Positions 24,782 through 36,523 of a DNA stretch of 64,000 nucleotides are shown in pieces; the first letter of the stretch is position 1; each line of letters opens with the position of its first letter. Source of the DNA: Lepidodermella squamata. Taxonomy: Eukaryota > Animalia > Gastrotricha. Made by a program: the position numbers and the translations under genes. The notes beneath the pieces were generated by a model. That model was not told the DNA's origin. It searched no databases and was given only the letters and a program-made list of their open reading frames with translations. The stretch lies in the NCBI GenBank assembly GCA_047495785.1, contig JBLDXI010000032.1, positions 744,001-808,000 on the forward strand, given 5' to 3'.

Positions 24782-25539
24782 CTCGTTAAAATATGTTGTA
24801 TCTGTTACGCGTTTTGAACCGTGTTTGTTAATATCTCGTTTATTCATTATTTTTACGTGAGAAAGCCCGAACGATTGCCTCAGCATATTCCTTCTATCTT
24901 CACCTTTTATTCAGGACTAAGACTAACCATTTTTAAATAATTTTTGTCTTAGAAAGTGAACCGAAGCGATTGGTAATTTAAACGGCTTTAACGATGGCGT
25001 AGAATTACGGTGCGAACCTAACTGCGGTCCAATAATAGGTCCATTTTACTCATTGATGATGACTGCTTGCGCATGCTTGAACCGAACCGCATTTTTATTT
25101 GAATTTTAATTATATCATGTGAATGGTGAATTGATGCTTTTTGATTTTAATATTTTTTTGATCGCTTGCTGTAAGTGGCGAACACCGCATATCATGATCA
25201 TATGATAGGTAGTTCGTCGCCCATTTCGTCTTCAAATACGTTAAGCTTGAATGTAAAAAAGTCATCAATCTACAAAAAATTATACCAAGCATACGCGTAC
25301 ATGGAATAAATCAAAGAAATATAACTAAGAATTGACTGTCGTTGCGTTTTTTGATCACGAGAGTGAGCTAAAACTAGGCTATATATAAATCCAAGTGGAG
25401 AAATCCATCCTAATTTTAAAATTTAAAATTTTAAAATTTTTTTTAATCAAATGAATAAAAGAGTTGTGGTTGGGTGAAATGTCGCACTACGAAATAAAAT
25501 TATCAACAAAATGTGATTATACTATTTATAACAAAATGG

Positions 25540-25730
25540 CAGACCGTCATAACAGAAAATACCCAAAACAGCACACGCGACAAAACAGCTAATTTTGCAA
25601 CTTTCGACAGAACAGCAGAAACCCGTTGCATCTTTTACGTAGTAGGTTTTCGCTGTTTTGTCGCCAAATACAAAATTTGCTGTTTTGTCGCATTCGCTGT
25701 TCTGCGAAGTTGCTGTTTTGTCACCGTACC
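25540..25730. mobile_element. small MITE-like palindrome
   Basis: GACAAAACAGC-like motifs on the left are mirrored by repeated GCTGTTTTGTC on the right. Confidence 0.5.
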
Positions 25731-26320
25731 AATAAAATTATTCTTCTTATTGTCGTTTTTATCTATTGTACAGCAACTTTCGTATTAGATAGTAAACTCT
25801 CGTAAGACGACTCAGCGAGCCCGCCACGCGAGCTTGCAGACGACGGTCGCGAAGATAGTCGGCCAACCAGCCGACCAAATTTCGCGGGAGGGGCAACTCC
25901 AGGCGACTCCAGGAGCTTGGCAGTTTGAAACCTCAAAATAGTCGCTTACCAGGCCAAAAAAGGTTGTCAGCACTCTCCTCATTTCAGACAAACTAAATTT
26001 TAAGTAACCAAAAATGCATGTTTTTCTCTCAGACTTTGGAACTTAGGAACATATTCAGCTCCTAACTCGAAGGTACACTTGTATACTTGAAATTGAAAAT
26101 GTTAAATTCTTTTTCTCAATTCTACAGCGGGATTTTGTTAAATTTTGCATACTTCACTTTTGGTCAGATCGTTTTGGTGAGGTCAGTGCAAGACGGCAGC
26201 TGAGCAATGCCTGTGGGGGCGTTAATTTCCTAATAACAATTAAATTGAAAATACTATACAACTTACTCCATTCCATTTACGCACTCTTCTATTACTTCCG
26301 AATTGGCGACTGGTTGAAAA

Positions 26321-27719
26321 ATGTTGGACGGCAATGGTCAATACGATGATACTCTGGCGAGAGCGGATTATCAAGCCATAAGCGAGAATGAGACGAGTAG
26401 AAAGCCTCAAATACTTCGCCCGCTGAACCTAGCGATCATGTGCATCGCTCTCTACAGCTATGGCACATGCATTTCGCTTTTCGCTCCGTTCTTCCCGATG
26501 CAAGCCAAAACGCGAGGTGTTTCGGAAACAGCCATCGGCCTGATATTCGCATCATACATGATAGCCATGCTAGTCGGAACAGCACTGAGTGGACTAATGG
26601 TAAGGCACCTTGGCCTCAAGTTCATGCGCGGAGCTGGGATGTTTTTGGCTGGAGGCTCCACAATTTTATTCGGTTTTCTGGACAAAGCGTCGCCGAGCCC
26701 GTGTTACTTATTCATGTGCTTTGCCGTAAGAATCGTTGAAGGCGCAGGAGCGGTCGCGTACCTCATCTCTTCATACAGCACTGCGGCAAGTTTGTATCCT
26801 AGCAGCGTAGCTTTCGTGTTTGCTATGCTCGAAGCATTCAACACCGCTGGTCGAGTAACCGGTCCACTTTTGGGAGGATTTTTGTATGGCTGGGGTGGAT
26901 TCCCATTGCCTTTTTTCGTCGTTGGCGCTGCGATTTTGACTATCGGTCTTATAACTCTTGCACTCAACTGGTTTGAGAGCAGCGAAGAAGTCAAAAAGAA
27001 GGAAAGCCATAATCCTATTTCTAGGATTCGATACTTTCGTATCTCCCCTCAAGCCTGGATAATTTCGGCGTCCCAAATAATAACAGCAGCACTGATTTCA
27101 TTCCCAGAGCCAACACTAGCACTGTACTTGGCAACGCTTGGCATGGGAAGTCCCCAAGTTGTCGGCATAATATTCCTCAGTGGATCTCTTGTGTTCTCGG
27201 CGACAAGCCTTGTTGTAGGCAAATTTATCGACAAATTCGAAAATTTGATACCTGAGGTAAGACAATGCCCTTAGTTTTCGTTTTAATTTCTCTCAATGTT
27301 CGATTTAGATTTTAATTTCCGGGTCCGTTGTAGCTGTTATTTCGATGTTGTTAATCGGCCCTGCCGAATTCTTCCAATCGATTCTGAAACCATCGATTGC
27401 GTTATCAATCGCTGGTAACACTCTCATGTATTTCGCAATGGCTCTTCTTCTCACGCCAATGCCACGAGCTTTGCTAACTTCACTTCAAGAAGCAGGCTAC
27501 CCTGATAACGATGAGACGAATGCCTTCATAGCCAGCATTTACATGGGTATGTGGGACGTTGGCGGCAGTTTTGGCCCGGCTACAGCAGGTGCTTTGACCG
27601 AACATCTTGGTTTCAGCAATGCTGCTACAGTTATGGCCGGGATGTCTCTCTTGCTTACATTTATTCACATTTTGGGTGCGACGCTGAGCAAGTTCAAGAA
27701 TGCCAAAAGCTGTTGTTGA
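26321..27719 (+). CDS. MFS transporter, SLC18B1-like; exons 26321-27256, 27309-27719
   Basis: About 12 hydrophobic segments; SLFAPFFP..A..RGVSETAIGLIF, RIVEGAG, GPLLGGFLY..GGFPLPFF. Confidence 0.85.
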
Positions 27720-28023
27720 AAAGGGAAGATAAGGTTCCCAATTTGTACAGGCTATTGAATAAAACAGCTGTCGCTTTTTCCAGATGAGAAGCTAGAATTC
27801 AATTTGGTGCGCTTTGGTATAAGTCTGAGACGCTGCTTATTCAAGAGAAAGACATTTTTAGGGGATTTGGGGAAAAAAGTCGCATTACATATGTGAGGCG
27901 AGTTAGTTGAGTTGTTAAATATTTACTGCGGGTCAATCTCAATTATAATTTCTTCTGACAGAATACTTTGTTCATAACAGTGTTAGGAGCATAATCAGAT
28001 TTCCAGATTATTTTAAAACGGTT

Positions 28024-29511
28024 TCATGCTGTCGCTTCTTCGATTAGCCCACGAATTCGCTTACAAATTCCGAGCAATAATGATTGACCTGGGTCTACCT
28101 CGCCAAAAATACCGGCTGGTAATTGATATCGCTTAGAGACAGAATAGGTTCCATCAATTTCAAGTTTGAGGAAGTACCAGCGAACACAATCAGTCACGAT
28201 TCCGAAAGAATGCGGTTTGTCTAATTTAGAATCAGGATCCTCCACTGACAAACGTTTCTAAAAAGGATATTAAGTTAATAAAAATAGCCCAAGTTGCAAC
28301 GCTCCAGTTACCTTTGAAAGACAGTCCATCGCTAGCAAAGTCTGCGGAATCACCCAATCAAAAACGTCCTCGTTGGAAGCATCGATAGGCATCGCATTAA
28401 CAGCCATTATTTCGGTTGGACCGTCGGTTTCAATAACAATGTCGACATAGCCATCAAGTTTGCTCTCATCATCACTGATGCTCGCGTTTACTTTTAATTG
28501 AAGCTGATTGTCCAGTCCATCTATTTAAGTAATAGTCTTATGAAACTCTCACGTAATCGGCATCGAGTTACTCAAAGCGCAGGAAAAGAAGGGAATGCTG
28601 AGAAACACTCTCCTTTGCACCGAGTCATAACATGAAATCGGCATTCGCTTTAAAAAATGCTAAACATAGATAGCATGTTTCAAAGATATCATAGCATTTT
28701 CAAAGAAATCAACAAACGCGAAGAATGTCGCAAAAGAAGTCAAACGCTTCCGGTGAAATGGGCGATTCTTTAGGGATGAACGTTCCATTTCTAAGCCACA
28801 CATAAGTGCATTAACGCCACACATACGGCAATGAAAATTACTTACGATTTTCGATAGATGCCTTGTAGACATTTTGCGTACCCATGCAACTTCGAAATTG
28901 ATTTGTCCAATTTTCGCGATTTCAGCATTTCCGCAATTGCCTTCAACCGTTCGCTTATTATATCGTAGTTTGAGTTATGAGAGAGCTCCGCTGATAAGAC
29001 ATTTTTGTAAAAAGCAATTAAAAATAAGAGTCTTGGTAGTTATTACATCCTTAGCTAAAATAACGATCATTCTGTGAGAAATTCAGCACCAAATCACCAA
29101 ATCAAAGCTAAAATTACCTTGCGGTTCTAATTCGCGAATTTTCGGCTGGTATTTTCCTTTTACTGTTGTAATGGAGTCTTCAGTCAAATTAACCAAAGCC
29201 TTCAGATTATCAAATGCTCCTGTATTGATATCAATTGCCATTTGCAAGTTCTCCTTCTGATCAGAATCAGTAGTCTTCGCTAATTCTTTCTTCAATAAAT
29301 AGAGGTCCCGTGCGTACGCCATCAGTTCGGTAAGCTGTTGATTTTTTTCTTCAAGAAACGGCTTAAGTTCGGCACGAAACTTTTGCTTCAGGATCTTGAT
29401 TTCTTCTAAATTCGATGATGCGCTTCGCGGAGACGATTCCTTAGTGGTGTCTGTCATACTTTTGCTTCTTGAATTTTTCTCAAATGGTTCTGAGTCCATA
29501 TCATCTGACAA
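28024..29511 (-). CDS. multi-exon coiled-coil plus Crinkler-type REase-fold protein with degenerate catalytic motif; 5' end and middle exons uncertain
   Basis: Spliced sequence DSVQRRVFLSIPF...LKVNASISDDESKLDGYVDIVIE...MAVNAM...VIPQTLLAM...KR...SFGIVTDCVRWYFLKL matches the CR-REase motif order. Confidence 0.6.
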
Positions 29512-30351
29512 ATATGTCGTGAACTTGTTAATAAGGAACTACATTAGAAGCACCAGAAACAGGTGAAAAAAAAACAAAATTGATAATGCAATAAAATGAG
29601 AACAAGCAATGAAGCCATCTAGAAAAAGACCGCTTGCATCTTCCTTCCTATTGTCACTTTAGTGTTCCTTGTGCTCAAACTATGGTTTCGTGCCTTTCCT
29701 AAAAATCTTTTTCAAATCTTTTATTGTTTACCGTTCACTTTGCACCTATTATTAGTCATAATGTTTACAAAATTCAGAATGAGTACGAAGGTGGCAAAGG
29801 GAGGCTCGAGCGCAAAGAACAAGGCGTCCGGGACTGCATAAAATTAATTACAGCATGATGCATACAACTGTATACACACTTAGATACAGGAGGAATGAGA
29901 TAAACCTTGGCCTGCTTTCCTACAAAACGAAAACATCACCCCTCGATCAAATCCCCGATCCCCTATCTTAGAATTCGAAAATCGATACGAAGATACCCCT
30001 CGAACTCGGTCATCCCAACAGCGCATTGAATTGAACAGCACACAGCTTTTTTTTGTTTTACCGCCAAATTTGTCATTCACGTTTTAAAAATTATATTACA
30101 CACATATTAAGTTAATCATAAGTTTACGAACAATTGAAGAAAAGCATTTTGAAACTAAAGACGCTTTTTGGCGATCCATGTCAGCAATCAACAAAACCGT
30201 TCTGGCTTGGTAGGTATTTCAGCGGTTGAATCTTCCAGTAAGCCATGTCGTGGACGCGACTTAGGGAGTGATTGAAGTTTGGAAAAAATTATCACCTATT
30301 CATTGCGAAATATATTGCCAATTCTGTTTGGAAATTTGCTGCAAACTGAAG

Positions 30352-33300
30352 ATGGAGCAGCTTTTGCAGCAACTGATGTCTGGCAAGTCAACGTTAAACG
30401 ACGAAATCAACATATGCGAAGAACTCAGAAAACACGTCGCAAGCTCACCTACTGAAAAAGAGCTTGATAAATGGACGAGCCTTACCGCCAAAATAGTTAC
30501 TTTTGTATCGAAGAAACGAAGTGAAGTATCGAGCTTTAAGGTTAGATGGAGTTGTGCCCGTTGAGTCATTCAATCAAATAAATATTTTCTGTAGAAAACA
30601 TCCGCTGCTGTTGATATGTTTCGTGCAATCGAACCAATATGCTATTCACTGATGGCCAAGAGTCAAAGCTCAAAATCTGCCCTAGCTATGCTCGACGCTC
30701 TAGCAATGTCGAGAAACGAATTGGTTTCTGAGCCCAATGGAAGGCTGTATTCTTGTTGTACTATTTCGATGAATTGGTTCAGAATTAACATGGAATGGTT
30801 AGAATGTGAAGACGTTGCAGCCAAAGCATCAGTTAGTAATCAAATAATTGAAACGCTAAATGTATTCAGATGCGTTTTTAGGCATTTCTCGTCGATGGTC
30901 TGTGCGATGTCTGGTCGGAAATTCGATCTGCGTTTGTTAAATTCGTGGAGCAGTTGGTTCAAAGCTGTGGATCAAAACTAGCACGGAGACTTATGGTTTC
31001 TATATTCGAGGTGAGCTTATACTTCACCGGCATAGCGTTGATTATCATTTTACACTGTGTCAATGCAGATTTGCGGAGACAAGAGCTCCAGTTGGCAATC
31101 AATTGAGGGCTGCCTTGGAGCTCTCTGCAGTATTAATGAATGCTTACCACGCTTTCAAGAAAATGAGGTTGGCTGTTTTTAATTAATACCTACCATTCTA
31201 TTTAAACCGACAAATTACAGCTAATGCAAATGGCTCAGAAGAAAGTATTGGAAATCACATGGCCTCACATCATACACTGCCAAAACTGCGTCCGTGAGGC
31301 CGCTGTGCACGCTGTTACCTCTTACCTCGTCCGATCTAGTATTTCGGAAACGTATTCCTGTCTAGAAAGATTGTTCAACGATCTCCAAGCTAACAAAGAC
31401 GTACCAGAAGAAATTGAGGGTTACTTCTCTGCTTGCATCGAAATTCTTAAGGTTAGCGCTTAAATTGAGTTTCGAAATTTGACTTTTCATTTAATCCGGT
31501 CTTTCATTTCAGCTGTTGAACAGCGATGCTATTGAATCGTCGCATCGCGATTGGATGGGCGTTGTCACCCATTACTTAGGTCACCCTGCTGCTACCGTCC
31601 GCCAAATTGCTGCAAACCTGGCCAAAACATTGGTGGGAAAACACGCTCATTCTTCAGCGTTCTTTCATCGCGTGTTCGAAGCGCTCGTTAAGCCGATGGG
31701 TTAGTTTCTCGACTTGTCAATGATCAACACACGAATCACAATTTTTTGTTAGAAAACAAAAATATGGCTTGGCAAGACGTCGAAGGCCGCCTTATCGCAA
31801 TCGATTCTCTACTACGCGTGTTGGGTAAGATTGAATTTATGCCTTTTGCGGCGTAAGTATAAAGTGATTTTTTCCAGTCGCAAATCATTGGCTCTACAAC
31901 TTCACATCGTCTGTGCAGGCCACTGGGCTCAGCGCGAGTTTACCTGTAACGTCCCAAGACGACTATTTGCCAAACTCTCTACATGGTCGAAATGTTTTGG
32001 AAACGAATACGGACGTTGCTGCCGAGTTGATTCAGGTAAAAATTTCACGAAATTTGAGCTTGAAGATTTATTGCTTGTCGTGTAGCTGTCTAAAACTCAA
32101 CGTAAAATGACGAAAAACAACAAAAGGGGTAGCTTTCACGAGACGAAAAAAGCCAGCATTAGTTTCGAACTGCTTGACAACATGCGACCGATATCCCTGC
32201 TCGACTTATGTATTCAAAACAAGGCGGAAAGTGAAAATATTAAAGGGGCCTCAACTCCTCTGTCAACAGTTTTCAAAAGTGCCCTATTTTCTACTGCGTC
32301 ACTGTTAAATGCTGATCAGTGGGAAGTTCGCAGAATTGCCTTACAGGTGTTGCCATACATCGGCGAAACAATCCGCTGGTACGACATGGAGCTGTTCTGG
32401 AATTGTATTGATGAGCTGATAGGAGCGGAATCTGGAGGTCTACCCGGACGGTCGCCTTCAGCGGTAGCCGCCACCATGCTGCTAGCTGCTTGGCTTCAAC
32501 AGGCCGACAGAATTTGCATTCAAATCGAAGACGGCCGCTTATCGCCGACTGTTAGGCTGAAGGATTACATCTTCGCAACGAAAGGAATCGCTCGGTTGAT
32601 TAACACTTTGACTCAGTAATATCATTTAATAATGCACAATTCCTTATTTGATTGAAATATTTCAGATTCTGCCACGTCGACTCGTTTGATCGGCAAAGTG
32701 TAACTTCAGCTAGGGTTCTGCTTCAATTTCTCGCTCGTACGAATTTAGCTGATTTGGCACTATCAAACTTCGTATCAGCTCACGATATCACAAAATTGTT
32801 GCACGAAACTATGCAAATCGGCGTTTCTCTTCTGTGGTCTGTTGTCGATCGCCAAAATCTCGTCGAAGCTTCGGTAAAACTAGCCGAAATTTTCAATATA
32901 CCCGATCGTAAAGATTTAGCCCTACCTGACCGACCTTACTTACTGTGAGTTTTACAGTTTTTTCATGCGGTATTGATTTTCTATGGTGAATTATTAATAG
33001 CTTCGGCTGTTCTCCATTGAATTCGAGCCAAAACACTGGGGTGATCGGGCAGAATGCGAAAGTCACTGTTATCGAGCAAATTTTACCGGAAATTGTCGCG
33101 CTGTTGCGCCATTTCACGCAAAATCCCGAGGTCGACGTCGAAAATTTCAAAGTTTTGACCTACGATACGCCAAGTGACAACGTGTTTTTACTCGTCGGAT
33201 CGCTGTTAGCGCCTCTCGGCTACCTTCTGGCTGTTCATAGCTCAGATGCCGACCTCTTGCCGTGCATTACTGATTCAATCTACGTCGTTGCAATCGCTTT

Positions 33301-34031
33301 GTTCAACTTCAAAAGTCAAGCTTTACACGAAAGCGCCGTCGCTAGTATTGAATGTTTCCTAGACCAGTTGTATTCGAATATCAATTCATCACTAGCGAGT
33401 GATAAACCGAAAGGCAACGGCTCCCGGGTCGGTTTTAGCCTCTACGCCGCGGCTCGAGTCGCATTTTGGGGCTGTCGTTTGATTCTGAAGCACATCGATA
33501 TCGATACGGAGGAACCGTTGCTAAGCGAGAGCGTTCAAGTCGCGGCGAAATTGTCGCAAATTGTCATGTTAATCGCGAGGAAAATTTTGAATCTAGTGCC
33601 GAATGAAAATGATAGCAACCAACCGGCTAATATTGCTAGAAAAACGGCCTGGAACGTTGTTGGCACGGGCGAAATTTTGCGGCCCACGCCTGTACCCGGC
33701 GAAACTGCCGACTACCACCCGGATCGAGGAAATCAAGCAGCTAATAATTTTGGTAAATATTATAAAAAAATTGAAGGATTATTTGAAATTTGAAAATTCA
33801 GATGATGATGACGATGACGATGACGCAGATAATGATAGCTTTGATGAAGATTCTGATAATGCCGAAGATGTTGAGTATGCCGATATGGTTATTGAAGATG
33901 ATCTCGATGAGCTGCTTGTTGAAGTTGTCACGGATATTCGAAGCATAATACGGCCGGAAATTCGCGGAACGGCAATCGGCTCGTTTCAGGACGAAAAAGA
34001 GCGCGATCTATTGGCCTATCTCCTGCTCTGA
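30352..34031 (+). CDS. uncharacterised HEAT/ARM-like helical-repeat protein with an acidic C-terminus, many exons
   Basis: Chain of exon ORFs with HEAT-like motifs (CVREAAVHAV, HPAATVRQIAANL, DQWEVRRIALQVL) and short GT-AG introns. Confidence 0.7.
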
Positions 34032-34572
34032 AGTTATCGCAGTGGAAAAAGAGACTAGTTGATATATTTTGTTGAATTATTGCAAAGTTTTATTTTTTAA
34101 AAAGCCACTTGACTTGAGTTGAATTATATATTTTCATGTGATGAGATTTTCGCCGGTATTTAAACGATCTGATTGAACTTGAGTGCCGAAGATATACTCA
34201 GAAAAAAAGCTGCACTGGTTGAGTGGTCCGTAATTAGTTTCTTCTTGTGATAAATAATTGAGTGTTTTTACCTCTTTCTAACCATTCTCTGCAATTATTC
34301 AGTTATAATGGCTGAATTTCAAAAACAGAAAGGTATTTTCACGTTGAATAGTTATAGAGATTACTTCATTGAAACTATTTTTTCTGTTCATTCACATATA
34401 TTCACATTTTATGAAGTAAGATGCGCCGCCTTGGTAATAATAATATTTTGCTGCTTAGTACGCTTATTTATGGTTGCGTTAATTACGCACAATAAAATTC
34501 ACATGCCGACAACAAAATGAATTTTTTACCTAATTATACCGAAAAATATCAAGTTTGAGGGGCAAAAATTAT

Positions 34573-34646
34573 AGGTTCCGGCGGGGTTCGAACCCGCGAC
34601 CTTCTGCGTGTAAAGCAGACGTGATGAACCACTACACAACGGAACC
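34573..34646 (-). tRNA. tRNA-Val(TAC)
   Basis: GGTTCCGTTGTGTAGTGGTTCATCACGTCTGCTT-TAC-ACGCAGAAGGTCGCGGGTTCGAACCCCGCCGGAACCT. Confidence 0.9.
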
Positions 34647-34711
34647 TTGTGACAAAACTGTCAAGTTTAGCTTAGATGAGGCTGCCTACGAACTTGAACG
34701 AATGAAAAAGT

Positions 34712-34783
34712 TGGAGATGCCGGGGTTTGAACCCGGGACATCTTACATGCAAAGCAAGCGCTCTACCACTGAGCTACATCCCC
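34712..34783 (-). tRNA. tRNA-Ala(TGC)
   Basis: GGGGATGTAGCTCAGTGGTAGAGCGCTTGCTT-TGC-ATGTAAG...GGTTCAAACCCCGGCATCTCCA. Confidence 0.93.
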
Positions 34784-34806
34784 ATTTGGTATGAGCGTGT
34801 TGATAA

Positions 34807-35450
34807 CGCGTGTTGAGCGTGTTGAGCGTGTTGTTGAAGGTCAAGCGAGCTGTAATGACTCCGACACTCCTCTACGCTTCTGAAAGTTGGAATGCAACCG
34901 CAGCTCACCAACTGAGGCTGGATGTTGTGCAGATGAGGTGGCTCAGGGCTATAGCCAACGTCACAATTAAGGATAAAATCAGAAATGCTGACATAAGAAA
35001 AACCTGTGAAGGTATAGAACCTATCTCAGCTCAAATAGAACATAACCGACTACGTTTCTTAGGACATATTCTTAGAATGCATGACGATAACCTAGTCAAG
35101 CAAACGTACTTATGGACCCCACCCAAGGGCTGGCAAAGGAAGTTAGGCAGGCCCAGGGTAGGATGGGATTATTGTAACACTCAAAGCTTATTGCAAGCAA
35201 AAAATCTTGAAAATTACAAAAATTTTGTAAGCGTCTATAATGAAAAATGTCTAAATTGGGACAAAATTGAGGAGACAGCTTGTGATCGGTCTAACTGGAG
35301 GGCCTTCATTCGGGAACTTTTGGCCTTCAGGTCGCGGGGAACGGAATCAACTTGACTTCTCGCTCTCGCCGTCGTTAAAACTTTATTGTATGCCTCACCA
35401 ACGCAAAACGACGATAAATAAAACCAAATGATGAAATGATGATGATGATG
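34807..35450 (+). mobile_element. 5'-truncated RTE-clade non-LTR retrotransposon
   Basis: PTLLYASESW...MRWLRAI...DKIRNADIR...RLRFLGHILRM...GRPR.W...DR..WR; AATAAA followed by an (ATG)n tail; TSD TGTTGATAA at 34798-34806 and 35449-35457. Confidence 0.88.
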
Positions 35451-35505
35451 TTGATAATCATCGTTTACGCAATACGTTGTAGTCTAAACGTAAAAATGTT
35501 TGCAA

Positions 35506-35578
35506 AGGTTCCGGCGGGGTTCGAACCCGCGACCTTCTCCGTGTGAAGGAGACGTGATAACCACTACACTACGGAACC
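35506..35578 (-). tRNA. tRNA-Val(CAC)
   Basis: GGTTCCGTAGTGTAGTGGTTATCACGTCTCCTT-CAC-ACGGAGAAGGTCGCGGGTTCGAACCCCGCCGGAACCT. Confidence 0.92.
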
Positions 35579-35741
35579 CAAGTGACATCTTCAAATAGTT
35601 TTATTGTTGAAAAGTTCAATCTTGATTCCAAAATCGCATAAGTTTTATTATGACAAGTTATATAAACAGACCCGCCCGAACCGTGGCAATCGAATTTCGG
35701 CCCTTTTTTGCAAAGATGTATGATTATAAAAAAAATGAAGC

Positions 35742-35806
35742 TGCCCCCTGTGAGGATCGAACTCACGACCTCCAGATTATGAGACTGGCGCTCTAGCCAA
35801 GGAGGC
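35742..35806 (-). pseudogene. elongator tRNA-Met(CAT) with a D-loop deletion
   Basis: GCCTCCTTGGCT^AGAGCGCCAGTCT-CAT-AATCTGGAGGTCGTGAGTTCGATCCTCACAGGGGGCA; 65 nt, A-box missing. Confidence 0.8.
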
Positions 35807-36523
35807 GCTTGTGGCACTTGTGTAGGCTGATATATATAGTAATCCCAATTACTATATATATCACCAATTACACCACCAATTACATTTCGAACTGTCGTGT
35901 TAACGATTTTTCCGAAAGTAACTGACCTTGAATGAATCCAGCCTCTTAAACTGTCAAACGGTTGAAGCATCTGAAAATAGACATTTTGCTCTCAAACGCC
36001 ACGGAGGTCACAGTATATCCTTCAGTAAATGCCTCAGGACATCTAAAGGAAATTTTGCTCTGCCAGTGGCACTGGTTCCATTTGGAAGTTAAGCTGCGAC
36101 TTCCCAACGGCAACGAGATAATGCTGGGTTTACCCAGTACTTTCCCCCACTTTTCCGGGCGTCCGTCTGTCGGCGAAAACCCAAAAATTTAATCCCGCGT
36201 TGTCTAAAAATTTTACTTAATTAATTGAAAAAATTTGTGAAATCATTTTTATTAAATTTGAACGTCAATTGAAGTGGGCGGGTAAATTGAAAGATTATTT
36301 AGACGAGAGACATCCTCTGGCCGTCTTTCTCATGCTGGGTTTACCGTGCTGGGTGCAATTAATGCACATATCGACAAAAAGTCGCAAGAAAGTCGGAGCT
36401 TACCAATGCCACAAGTTTTCCGCTCGCAGCTCGCACAGGTGGCGGTCGATATTTCGAACAGTGGAGTTGATTAACGTGACATAGTAAGCACGAGGAAATA
36501 ACACAGCGAACACAGCAGTATGA

